A stretch of DNA of 64,000 nt from the human T2T-CHM13v2.0 reference genome, Homo sapiens. Shown one piece after another: positions 24,461 through 39,100 of the stretch. The first letter of the stretch is position 1. Each line of letters starts with the position of its first letter. Position numbers and translations under genes: made by a program. The notes under the pieces are model-generated. The model did not search any database and was not told where the DNA came from. It was given only the letters and a program-made list of their open reading frames with translations. The stretch is taken from NCBI RefSeq assembly GCF_009914755.1, contig NC_060933.1; one strand, given 5' to 3'.

Positions 24461-27400
24461 CAACCCGAGCGCAATGGAATGGAGTGGAATGGAATGGAAT
24501 GGAATGGAACAACCCGAATGGAATGGAATGTAATGGAGAGTAAGGGAGTTGAATAGAATCAATCCGAATGTAATGGAATGGAATGGAATGGAATGGAATG
24601 GAATGGAATGGAATGGAATGCAATGGAATGGAATCAACCCGAGTACAATGGAACGGAATGTAATGTAATGGAATGGAATGGAATGGAATGGAATGGAATG
24701 GAATGGAATCAACCCGAGTGCAATGGAATGGAGAGGAATGGAATGGAATGGAATGCAATGGAATGGAATCATCCGGAATGGAATGGAATGGAATGGAATG
24801 CAAAGCAATGGAATCAACTCGATTGCAATGGAATGGAATGGAATGGAAAGGAATACATTGGAATCAACCCGAGTGGAATGGAATGGAAAGGACTGGAATG
24901 GAGTGGAATGGAATGGAATGGAATGGAATGGAAACAACTCGATTGGAATGGAATGGAATGGAATGGAATGGAATGGAATGGAATGGAATTAACCCGAAGA
25001 GAATGGAATGGAATGGAATGGAACGGAACGGAATGGAATGGAAACAACCCGAATGCAGGGGAATGGAATGGAATGGAATGGAATGGAATGATACGGAATA
25101 GAATGGAATGGAACGAAATGGAATGGAATGGAATGGAATGGAATGGATTGGAATGGAATGGAATCGTTCCGAGTGGAATTGGAGGGAATGTATTCGAGTG
25201 GAATGGAAAGGAATGGAATCAACCAGAGTGGAATGGAAGGGAATGGAATGGAATGGAAACTAATAGAATGGAATCAACCCGAGTGGAATGGAATGGAAAG
25301 GACTGGAATGGAATGGAATGGAATGGAATCAACTCGATTGTAATGGAATGGAATGCAATGGAATGGAATGGAATGGAATGGAATTAACCCGAATACAATG
25401 CAATGGAATGTAATGGAACGGAATGGAGTGGAATGGAATGGAATCAACCCGAATGCAGGGGAATGGAATGGAATGGAATGCAATGGAATGGATTCAACTT
25501 GAATGGAATGGAAAGAATGGAATCAACACGAGTGGAATGGCATGGATTGGAATGGAATGGAATGGAATCAACCCGAGTACAGGGGAATGGAATGGAATGG
25601 AATGCAATGGAATGGAATCATCCGTAATGGAATGGAAAGGAATGGAATGGAATGGAATGGAATGGAATGGAATGGAATGGAATCAACTCGTTTGCAATCG
25701 AATGGACTGGAATGGAATGGAATGGAATGGAATGGTATGGAATAGAATGGAATGGAAAGAAATGGAATGGAATGGAATGGAATGGAATGCAATGGAATGG
25801 AATGGAATCGTTCCGAGTGGAATAGGAGGGAATGTATTCCAGTGGAATGGAAAGGAATGGAATCAACCAGAGTGGAATGGAAGGGAATGGAATGCAATGG
25901 AATCTAATAGAATGGAATCAACCCGAGTGGAATGGAATGGAAAAGACTGGAATGGAATGGAATGGAATGGAATCAACTCGATTGTAATGGAAAGGAATGG
26001 AATGGAATGAAATGGAATGGAATTAACCTGAATACAATGGAATGGAATGGAATGGAACGGAATGGAGTGGAATGGAATGGAATCCACCCGAGTGCAGGGG
26101 AATGGAATGGAATGGAATGCAATGGAATGGAATCATCCGGAATGGAATGGAATGGAATGGAATGCAAAGCAATGAAATCAACTCGATTGCAATGGAATGG
26201 AATAGAATGGAATTAACCCGAATAGAATGGAATGGAATGGAATGGAGCGGAACGGAATGGAATGGAATGGAATGGAACGGAAAGGAAGGGAATGGAATGG
26301 AATAGAATGGAATGGAATGGAATCAACGCGAGTGCAGGGGAATGGAATGGAATGGAATGCAATGGAATGCAATCTTCCGGAATGGAATGGAATGGAATGG
26401 AATGGAATCAACCCGAGTGCAATGGAATGGAGTGGAATGGAATGGAATGGAATGGAACAACCCGAATGGAATGGAATGTAATGGAGAGTAAGGGAGTTGA
26501 AAAGAATCAATCCGAATGTAATGGAATGGAATGGAACGGAATGGAATGGAATGGAATGGAATGGAATGGAATGGAATGCAATGGAATGGAATCTACCCGA
26601 GTACAATGGAATGGAATGGAATGGAATGGAATGGAATGGAATGGAATGGAATGGAATGGAATCAACCCAAGCGCAATGGAATGGAGTGGAATGGAATGGA
26701 ATGGAATGGAACAACCCGAATGGAATGTAATGTAATGGAGAGTAAGGGAGATGAACAGAATCAATCCGAATGTAATGGAATGGAACGGAATGGAATGGAA
26801 TGGAATGGAATGCAATGGAATGGAATGCAATGGAATGGAATCAACCCGAGTACAATGAAACGGAATGTAATGTAATGTAATGGAATGGAATGGAATGGAA
26901 TGGAATGGAATGGAATGGAATCAACCCGAGTGCAATGGAATGGAGAGGAGTGGAATGGAATGGAATGGAAACTACCCGAATGGAATGGAATGTAATGGAG
27001 TGTAAGGGAATTGAATAGAATCAATCCGAATGGAATGGAATGGAATGGAACGGAATGTAATGTAATGGAATGGAATGGAATTAACCCGAGTGCAGGGGAA
27101 TGGAATGGAATGGAATGCAATGGAATGGAATCATCCGGAATGGAATGGAATGGAATGCAATGGAATGGAATGGAATGGAATCAACCCGAGTGCAATGGAA
27201 TGGGAGTGAAATGGAATGGAATGGAATGGAGACAACCAGAATGGATTGGAATGTAATGGAGTGTAAGGGAATTGAATAGAATCAATCTGAATGTAATGAA
27301 ATTGAATGGAAAGGAATGGAATGGAATGGAATGGAATGGAATTGAATGGAATGGACTGGAATGCAATGGAATGGAATCAACCCGAGTGCAATGGAATGGA

Positions 27401-30400
27401 GAGCAATGGAATGGAATGGAATGGAAACTACCCGAATGGAATGGAATGTAATGGAGTGTAAGGGAATTGTATAGAATCAATCCGAATGTAAGGGAATGGA
27501 ATGGAACGGAATGGAATGGAATGGAATGGAATGGAATGGAATGGAATGGAATGCAATGGAATGGAATCAACCCGAGTGCAATCGAATGGAATCGAATGGA
27601 ATGGAATGCAATGGAATGGATTCAAATTGAATGCAATGGAAAGAATGGAATCAACACGAGTGGAATGGCATGGAATGGAATGGAATTGAATGGAATCAAC
27701 CCGAGTACAGGGGAATGGAATGGAATGGAATGCAATGGAATGGAATCATCCGTAATGGAATGGAAAGGAATGGAATGGAATGGAATGGAATGGAATGGAA
27801 TGGAATCAACTCGATTGCAATCGAATGGAATGGAATGGAATTAACACGAATAGAATGGAATGGAATGGAATGGAGCGGAACGGAATGGAATGGAATGGAA
27901 TGGAACGGAAAGGAAGGGAATGGAATGGAATAGAATGGAATGGAATGGAATCAACGCGAGTGCAGGGGAATGGAATGGAATGGAATGCAATGGAATGCAA
28001 TCTTCCGGAATGGAATGGAATGGAATGGAATGGAATGGAATGGAATCAACCCGAGTGCAATGGAATGGAGTGGAATGGAATGGAATGGAATGGAATGGAA
28101 TTGAATGGAATGCAATGGAATGGAATCAACCCGAGTACAATTGAACGGAATGGAATGGAATGGAATGGAATGGATTGGAATGGAATGGAATGGAATCGTT
28201 CTGAGTGGAATAGGAGGGAATGTATTCGAGTGGAATGGAAAGGAATGGAATCAACCAGAGTGGAATGGAAGGGAATGGAATGGATTGGAAACTAATAGAA
28301 TGGAATCAACCTTAGTGGAATGGAATGGAAAGGACTGGAATGGAAAGGAATGCAATGGAATGGAATGGAATGGAATGGAATGGAATGGAATGGAATGGAA
28401 TCAACGCGAGTGCAGGGGAATGGAATGGAATCGAATGGAATAGAATGGAATGGAATGGAATCAACCCGAGTGCAGGGGAATGTAATGGAACGGAATGCAA
28501 TGGAATGGAATCATCCGGAATGGAATGGAATGGAATGGAATGGAATCAACCCGAGTGCAATCGAATGGAATCGCATGGAATGGAATCCAATGGAATGGAT
28601 TCAACTTGAATGGAATGGAAAGAATGGAATCAACACGAGTGGAAGGGCATGGATTGGAATGCAATGGAATGGAATCAACCCGAGTACAGGGGAATGGAAT
28701 GGAATGGAATGCAATGGAATTTAATCATCCGTAATGGAATGGAAAGGAATGGAATGGAATGGAATGGAATGGAATGGAATCAACACGATTGCAATCGAAT
28801 GGAATGGAATGGAATTAACCCGAATAGAATGGAATGGAATGGAATGGAATGGAACGGAATGGAATGGAATGGAATGGAACGGAACGGAATGAAATGGAAT
28901 GGAATGGAATGGAATGGAATGGAATCAACGCGAGTGTAGGGGAATGGAATGGAATGGAATGCAATGGAATGGAATCTTCCGGAATGGAATGGAATGGAAT
29001 GGAATGGAATGAAATGCAATGGATTCAACTTGATTGCAATGGAATGTAATAGAATGGAATGGAATGGAATTAACCCGAATAGAATGGAATGGAATGGAAT
29101 GGAATGGAATGGAACGGAATGGAATGCAATGGAATGGAATGGAATGGAATGGAATGGTATGGAATGGAATGGAATGGTACGGAATAGAATGGAATGGAAC
29201 GAATTGTAATGGAATGGAATTGAATGGAATGGAATGGAATGGAATGGAATCAACGCGAGTGCAGGGGAATGTAATGGAACGGAATGCAATGGAATGGAAT
29301 CATCCAGAATGGAATGGAATGGAATGGAATGGAATGGAATCAACCCGAGTGCATTGGAATGGAGTGGAATGGAATGGAATGGAATGGAACAACCCGAATG
29401 GAATGGAATGTAATGGAGAGTAAGGGAGTTGAATAGAATCAATCCGAATGTAATGGAATGGAATGCAACGGAATGGAATGGAATGGAATGCAATGGAATG
29501 CAATCAACCCGAGTACAATGGAATGGAATGGAATGGAATGGAATGGAATGGAATGGAATGCCTTCAAAGCGAATGGAATGGAAAGGAAAGGAATCAACAC
29601 GAATGGAATGGAATGGAATGGAATGGAATGGAATGGAATGGAATGATACGGAATAGAATGGAATGGAACGAAATGGAATGGAATGGAATGGAATGGAATG
29701 GAATCGTTCCGAGTGGAATAGGAGGGAATGTATTCGAGTGGAATGGAAAGGAATGGAATCAACCAGAGTGGAATGGAAGGGAATGGAATGGAATGGAAAC
29801 TAATAGAATGGAATCAACCAGAGTGGAATGGAATGGAAAGGACTGGAATGGAATGGAATGGAATGGAATCAACTCGATTGTAATGGAATGGAATGGAATG
29901 GAATGGAATTAACCCGAATACAATGGAATGGAATGGAATGGAACGGAATGGAGTGGAATGGAATGGAATCAACCAGAGTGCAGGGGAATGGAATGGAATG
30001 GAATTCCATGGAATGGAATCATCCGGAATGGAATGGAATGGAATGAAATGCAAAGCAATGGAATCAACTCGATTGCAATGGAATGGAATGGAATGGAAAG
30101 GAATACATTGGAATCAACCCGAGTGGAATGAAATGGAAAGGACTGGAATGGAGTGGAATGGAATGGAATGGAATGGAATGGAATGGAATGGAATGGAATC
30201 AACTCGATTGGAATGGAATGGAATGGAATGGAATGGAATGGAATGGAATGGAATGGAATGGAATTAACCCGAATAGAATGGAATGGAATGGAATAGAACG
30301 GAACGGAACGGAATGGAATGGAATGGAATGGAATGGAATGGAATGGAATCAACCCGACTGCAGGGGAATGGAATGGAATGGAATGCAATGGAATAGATTC

Positions 30401-33400
30401 AACTTGAATGGAATGGAAAGAATGGAATCAGCACGAGTGGAATGGCATGGATTGGAATGGAATGGAAAGGAATGAACCCGAGTACAGGGGAATGGAATGG
30501 AATGGAATGCAATGGAATGGAATCATCCGTAATGGAATGGAAAGGAATGGAATGGAATGGAATGGAATGGAATGGAATGGAATGGAATCAACTCGATTGC
30601 AATCGAATGGATTGGAATGGAATTAACCCGAATAGAATGGAATGGAATGGAATGGAATGGAATGGAAAGGAATGGAATGGAATGGAATGGAATGGAATGG
30701 AATGGAATGGAATCAACGCGAGTGCAGGGGAATGGAATGCAATGGAATGGAATCTTCCGGAATGCAATGGAATGGAATGGAATGGAATGGAATGGAATGC
30801 AATGGATTCAACTCGATTGCAATGGAACGGAATAGAATGGAATGGAATGGAATGGAATGGAATGGAATTAAACCGAATAGAATGGAATGGAATGGAATGG
30901 AACGGAACAGAACGGAACGGAACGGAACTGAGTGGAATGGAATGGAATGAAATTGTATGGAATGGAATGGAATGGTACGGAATAGAATGGAATGGAAAGA
31001 ATTGGAATGGAATGGAATCGAATGGAATGGAATGGAATGGAATCCACCCGAGTGCAGGGGAATGTAATGGAACGGAATGCAATGGAATGGAATCATCCGA
31101 AATGGAATGGAATGGAATGGAATGGAATGGAATGGAATGGAATGGAATCAACCTGAGCGCAATGGAATGGAGTGGAATGGAATGGAATGGAATGGAACAA
31201 CCCGAATGGAATGGAATGTAATGGAGAGTAAGGGAGTTGAATAGAATCAATCCGAATGTAATGGAATGGAACGGAATGGAATGGAGTGGAATGGAATGGA
31301 ATGGAATGGAATGGAATGGAATGGAATGCAATGGAATGGAATCAACCCGAGTACAATGGAACGGAATGGAATGGAATGGAATGGAATGGAATGGAATGGA
31401 ATGGAATGGAATGGAATCAACCCGAGTGCAATGGAATGGAGAGGAATGGAATGGAATGGTAAGGAAACTACCCGAATGGAATGGAATGTAATGGAGTGTA
31501 AGGGAATTGAATAGAATCAATCCGAATGCAATGGAATGGAATGGAACGGAATGTAATGGAATGGAATGGAATGGAATCAACCCGAGTGCAGGGGAATGGA
31601 ATGGAATGGAATGCAATGGAATGGAATCATCCGGTATGGAATGGAATGGAATGCAATGGAATGGAATGGAATCAACCCGAGTGCAATGGAATGGAGTGAA
31701 ATGGAATGGAATGGAATGGAGACAACCAGAATGGATCGGAATATAATGGAGTGTAAGGGAATTGAATAGAATCAATCTGAATGTTATGAAATGGAATGGA
31801 ACGGAATGGAATGGAATGGAATGGAATGGAATGGAATGCAATTGAATGGAATCAACCCGAGTGCAATCGAATGGAATCGAATGGAATGGAATGCAATGGA
31901 ATGGATTCAACTTGAATGGAGTGGAAAGAATGGAATCAACACGAGTGGAATGTCATGGATTGGAATGGAATGGAATGGAATCAACCTGAGTATTGGGGAA
32001 AGGAATGGAATGGAATGCAATGGAATGGAATCATCCGTAATGGAATGGAAAGGAATGGAATGGAATGGAATGGAATGGAATGGAATGGAATGGAATGGAA
32101 TCAACTCGATTGCAATCGAATGGAATGGAATGGAATTAACCCGAATAGAATGGAATGGAACGGAATGGAACGGAACGGAATGGAATGGAATGGAATGGAA
32201 TGGAATGGAATGGAATGGAACGGAAAGGAAGGGAATGGAATGGAATAGAATGGAATGGAATGGAATCAACGCGAGTGCAGGGGAATGGAATGGAATGGAA
32301 TGCAATGGAATGGAATCTTCCGGAATGGAATGGAATGGAATGGAATGGAATCAACCCGAGTGCAATGGAATGGAGTGGAATGGAATGGAATGGAATGGAA
32401 CAACCCGAATGGAATGGAATGTAATGGAGAGTAAGGGAGTTGAATAGAATCAATCCGAATGTAATGGAATGGAATGGAACGGAATGGAATTGAATGGAAT
32501 GGAATGGAATGCAATGGAATGGAATCAACCCGAGTGCAATGGAATGGAGAGGAATGGAATGGAATGGAATGGAAACTACCCGAATGGAATGGAATGTAAT
32601 GGAGTGTAAGGGAATTGAATAGAATCAATCCGAATGTAATGGAATGGAATGGAACGGAATGGAATGGAATGGAATGGAATGGAATGGAATGGAATGGAAT
32701 GCAATGGAATGGAATCAACCCGAGTGCAATCGAATGGAATCGAATGGAATGGAATGCAATGGAATGGATTCAACTTGAATGGAATGGAAAGAATGGAATC
32801 AACACGAGTGGAATGGCATGGCTTGGAATGGAATGGAATGGAATCAACCCGAGTACAGGGGAATGGAATGGAATGGAATGCAATGGAATGGAATCATCCG
32901 TAATGGAATGGAATGGAATGGAATGGAATGGAATGGAATGGAATGGAATGGAATCAACTCGATTGCAATCGAATGGAATGGAATTGAATTAACCCGAATA
33001 GAATGGAATGGAATGCAATGGAACGGAACGGAATGGAATGGAATGGAATGGAATGGAACGGAATGGAATGGAACGGAACGGAACGGAATGGAATGGAATG
33101 GAATGGAATGGAATGGAATCAACGCGAGTGCAGGGGAATGGAATGGAATGGAATGCAATGGAATGGAATCTTCCGGAATGGAATGGAATGGAATGGAATG
33201 GAATGAAATGCAATGGATTCAACTCGATTGCAATGGAATGGAATAGAATGGAATGGAATGGAATGGAATGGAATTAATTCGAATAGAATGGAATGGAATG
33301 GAATGGAACGGAATGGAACAGAATGGAATGGAATGGAATGGAATGGAATGGTATGGAATGGAATGGAATGGTACGGAATAGAATGGAATGCAACGAATTG

Positions 33401-36149
33401 TAATGGAATGGAATTGAATGGAATGGAATGGATTCAACGCGAGTGCAGGGGAATGTAATGGAACGGAATGCAATGGAATGGAATCATCCGGAATGGAATG
33501 GAATGGAATGGAATGGAATGGAATGGAATCAACCCGAGTGCAATGGAATGGAGTGGAATGGAATGGAATTGAATGGAACAACCCGAATGGAATGGAATGT
33601 AATGGAGAGTAAGGGAGTTGAATAGAATCAATCCGAATGTAATGGAATGCAATGCAACGGAATGGAATGGAATGGAATGGAATGGAATGCAATGGAATTG
33701 AATCAACCCGAGTACAATGGAATGGAATGGAATGGAATGGAATGGAATGGAATGGAATGGAATGGAATGATACGGAATAGAATGGAATGGAACGAAATGG
33801 AATGGAATGGAATGGAATGGAATGGAATGGAATGGAATGGAATGGAATGGAATGGAATCGTTCCGAGTGGAATAGGAGGGAATGTATTCGAGTGGAATGG
33901 AAAGGAATGGAATCAACCAGAGTGGAATGGAAGGGAATGGAATGGAATGGAAACTAATAGAATGGAATCAACCCGAGAGGAATGGAATGGAAAGGACTGG
34001 AATGGATTGGAATCAACTCGATTTTAATGGAATGGAATGGAATGGAATGGAATGGAATGGAATGGAATGGAATTAACCCGAATACAATGTAATGGAATGG
34101 AATGTAAAGGAATGGAGTGGAATGGAATGGAATGGAATGGAATGGAATCAACTCGATTGCAATCGAATGGAATGGAATGGAATTAACCCGAATAGAATGG
34201 AATGGAATGGAATGGAACGGAACGGAACGGAACGGAACGGAATGGAATGGAATGGAATGGAATGGAATGGAACGGAAAGGAATGGAATGGAATGGAATGG
34301 AATGGAATGGAATGGAATCAACGCGAGTGCAGGGGAATGGAATGGAATGGAATGCAATGGAATGGAATCTTCCGGAATGGAATGGAATGGAATGGAATGG
34401 AATGGAATGGAATAAACCCGAGTGCAATGGAATGGAGTGGAATGAAATGGAATGGAATGGAACAACCCGAATGGAATGGAATGTAATGGAGAGTAAGGGA
34501 GTTGAATAGAATGAATCCGAATGTAATGGAATGGAATGGAACGGAATGGAATTGAATGGAATGGAATGGAATGGAATGGAATCAACACGATTGCAATCGA
34601 ATGGAATGGAATGGAATTAACCCGAATAGAATGGAATGGAATGGAATGGAACGGAATGGAATGGAATGGAATGGAATGGAATGGAATGGAATGGAATCAA
34701 CCCGACTGCAGGGGAATGGAATGGAATGGAATGGAATGGAATGGAATCATCCGTAACGGAATGGAATGGAATGGAATGGAATCAAATCGATTGCAATGGA
34801 ATGGAATGGAATGGAATGGAATCGAATGGAATGGGATGGAATTAACCGGAATAGAATGGAATGGAATAGAATGGAACGGAACGGAATGGAATGGAATGGA
34901 ATGGATGGAATGGAGTGGAATGGAATGGAATGGAATCAACCCGAGTGCAGGGGAATGGAAAGGAATGGCATGCAATGGAATGGAATCATCCGGAATGGAA
35001 TGGAATGGAATGGAATGCAATCAACCTGATGCAATGGAATGGAGTGGAATGGAATGGAATAGAATGGAAACATCCCGAATGGAATGGAATGTAATGGAGT
35101 GTAAGGGAATTGAATAGAATCAATCCGAATGTAATGGAATGGAATGGAATGAAATGGAATGGAATGGAATGGAATGGAATCAACCCGAGTGCAATGGAAT
35201 GGATTCGAATGGAATGGAACGGAATGGAATGGAATGGATTCAACAAGAATGGAATGGAAAGGAATGGAATCAACCCGAGTGTAATGGCATGGAATGGAAC
35301 GGAATGGAATGGGATGGAATGGAATGGTACGGAATAGAATGGAATGGAATGAAATGGAATAGAATGGAATGGAATGGAATGGAATGGAATGGAATGGAAT
35401 GGAATGAACCCATGTGCAATGGAATGGAATGGAATGGAATGGATTCAACTCGAATGGAATCCGCTCGATTGCATTGGAATGGAATGGAATTAAAAGGAAT
35501 AGAATGGAATCAACCCGAGTGGAATGGAATGGAAAGGACTGGAATGGAGTGAAATGGAATGGAATGGAATTAACCCGAATAGAATGAAATGGAACGGAAT
35601 GGAATGGAATGGAATGTAATGGAATGGAATGGAATCAACCCGAGTGCAGGGGAATGGAATGGAATGGAATGCAATGGAATGGAATCATCCGGAATGGAAT
35701 GGAATGGAATGGAATGGAATGGAATGGAATGGAATGGAATCAACTCGATTTCAATGGAATGGAATGGAATAGAATTGAACGGAATTAACACGAATAGAAT
35801 GGAATGGAATGGAATGGAATGGAACAGAAAGGAAAGGAATGGAATGGAATGGAATCAACCCAAGTGCAGGGGAATGGAATGGAATGGAATTCAATGGAAT
35901 GGAATCATCCGGAATGGAATGGAATGGAATGGAATGGAATGGAATGGAATGGAATGGAATCAACCCGAGTGCAATGGAATGGAGAGGAATGGAATGGAAT
36001 GGAATGGAAACTACACGAATGGAATGGAATGTAATGCAGTGTAAGGGAATTGAATAGAATGAATACGAATGGAATGGAATGGAATGGAATGGAAAGGAAT
36101 GGAATGGAATGGAATGCAATGGAATGGAATGGAATGGAATGCAATGCCA

Positions 36150-39100
36150 TGGAATCAACCCGAGTGCAATCGAATGGAATCGAATGGAATGGAATGCAAT
36201 GGAATGGATTCAACTTGAATGGAATGGAAAGAATGGAATCAACACGAGTGGAAGGGCATGGATTGGAATGCAATGGAATGGAATCAACCCGAGTACAGGG
36301 GAATGGAATGGAATGGAATGAAATGGAATGTAATCATCCGTAATGTAATGGAAAGGAATGGAATGGAATGGAATGGAATGGAATGGAATCAACACGATTG
36401 CAATCGAGTGGAATGGAATGGAATTAACCCGAATAGAATGGAATGGAATGGAATGGAACGGAACGGAATGGAATGGAATGGAATGGAATGGAAAGGAACG
36501 GAACGGAACGGAATGGAATGGAATGGAATGGAATGGAAAGGAATGGAATCAACGCGAGTGCAGGGGAATGGAATGCAATGGAATGCAATGGAATGGAATC
36601 TCCCGGAATGGAATGGAATGTAATGGAATCAACCCGAGTGCAATGGAATGGAGTGGAATGGAATGGAATGGAATGGAACAACCCGAATGGAATGGAATGT
36701 AATGGAGAGTAAGGGAGTTGAATAGAATCAATCCGAATGTAATGGAATGGAATGGAACGGAATAGAATTGAATGGAATGGAATGGAATGCAATGGAATGG
36801 AATCAACCCGAGTGCAATGGAATGGAGAGGAATGGAATGGAATGGAATGGAAACTACCCGAATGGAATGGAATGTAATGGAGTGTAAGGGAATTGAATAG
36901 AATCAATCCGAATGTAATGGAATGGAATGGAACGGAATGGAATGGAATGGAATGGAATGGAATGGAATGCAATGGAATGGAATCAACCCGAGTGCAATCG
37001 AATGGAATCGAATGGAATAGAATGCAATGGAATGGATTCAACTTGAATGGAATGGAAAGAATGGAATCAACACGAGTGGAATAGCATGGATTGGAATGGA
37101 ATGGAATGGAATCAACCCGAGTACAGGGGAATGGAATGGAATGGAATGCAATGGAATGGAATCATCCGTAATGGAATGGAAAGGAATGGAATGGAATGGA
37201 ATGGAATGGAATGGAATGGAATGGAATCGACTCGATTGCAATCAAATGGAATGGAATGGAATTAACCCGAATAGAATGGAATAGAATGGAATGGAACGGA
37301 ACGGAATGGAATGGAATGGAATGGAATGGAATGGAACGGAACGGAACGGAATGGAATGGAATGCAATGGAATGGAATGGAATCAACGCGAGTGCAGGGGA
37401 ATGGAATGGAATGGAATGCAATGGAATGGAATCTTCCGGAATGGAATGGAATGGAATGGAATGGAATGAAATGCAATGGATTCAACTCGATTGCAATGGA
37501 ATGGAATAGAATGGAATGGAATGGAATGGAATGGAATGAACCCGAATAGAATGGAATGGAATGCAATGGAACGGAATGGAACGGAATGGAATGGAATGGA
37601 ATGGAATGGTATGGTATGGAATGGAATGGAATGGTACGGAATAGAATGGAATGTAACGAATTGTAATGGAATGGAATTGAATGGAATGGAATGGAATCAA
37701 CGCGAGTGCAGGGGAATGGAATTGAATGGAATGGAATGGAATCAACGCGAGTGCAGGGGAATGTAATGGAACGGAATGCAATGGAATGGAATCATCCGGA
37801 ATGGAATGGAATGGAATGGAATGGAATGGAATGGAATGGAATCAACCCGAGTGCAATGGAATGGAGTGGAATGGAATGGAATGGAATGGAACAACCCGAA
37901 TGGAATGGAATGTAATGGAATGTAAGGGAGTTGAATAGAATCAATCCGAATGTAATGGAATGGAATGCAACGGAATGGAATGGAATGGAATGCAATGGAA
38001 TGCAATCAACCCGAGTACAATGGAATGGAATGGAATCGAATGGAATGGAATGGAATGGAATGGAATGGAATGGAATGCCTTCAAACCGAATGGAATGGAA
38101 AGGAATGGAATCAACACGAGTGGAATGGAATGGAATGGAATGGAATGGAATGGAATGATACGGAATAGAATGGAATGGAACGAAATGGAATGGAATGGAA
38201 TGGAATGGAATGGAAAGGAATGGAATGGAATGGAATCGTTCCGAGTGGAATAGGAGGGAATGTATTCGAGTGGAATGGAAAGGAATGGAATCAACCAGAG
38301 TGGAATGGAAGGGAATGGAATGGAATGGAAACTAATAGAATGGAATCAACCCGAGTGGAATGGAATGGAAAGGACAGGAATGGAATGGAATGGAATGGTA
38401 TCAACTCGATTGTAATGGAATGGAATGGAATGGAACGGAATGTAATGGAATTAACCCCAATACAATGGAATGGAATGGAATGGAATGGAATGGAGTGGAA
38501 TGGAATGGAATCAACCCGAGTGCAGGGGAATGGAATGGAATGGAATGCAATGGAATGGAATAATCCGGTATGGAATGGAATGGAATGCAATGCAAAGCAA
38601 TGGAATCAACTCGATTGCAATGGAATGGAATGCAATGGAAAGGAATACATTGGAATCAACCCGAGTGGAATGGAATGGAAAAGACTGGAATGGAGTGGAA
38701 TGGAATGGAATGGAATGGAATGGAATCAACTCGATTGGAATGGAATGGAATGGAATGGAATAGAATGGAATGGAATGGAATCAACCCGAGTGCAGGGGAA
38801 TGGAATGGAATGGAATGCAATGGAATGGATGCAACTTGAATGGAATGGAAAGAATGGAATCAACACGAGTGGAATGGCATGGATTGGAATGGAATGGAAT
38901 GGAATGAACCCGAGTACAGGGGAATGGAATGGAATGGAATGCAATGGAATGGAATCATCCGTAATGGAATGGAAAGGAATGGAATGGAATGGAATGGAAT
39001 GGAATGGAATGGAATGGAATGGAATCAACTCGATTGCAATCGAATGGAATGGAATGGAATTAACCCGAATAGAATGGAATGGAATGGAATGGAACGGAAC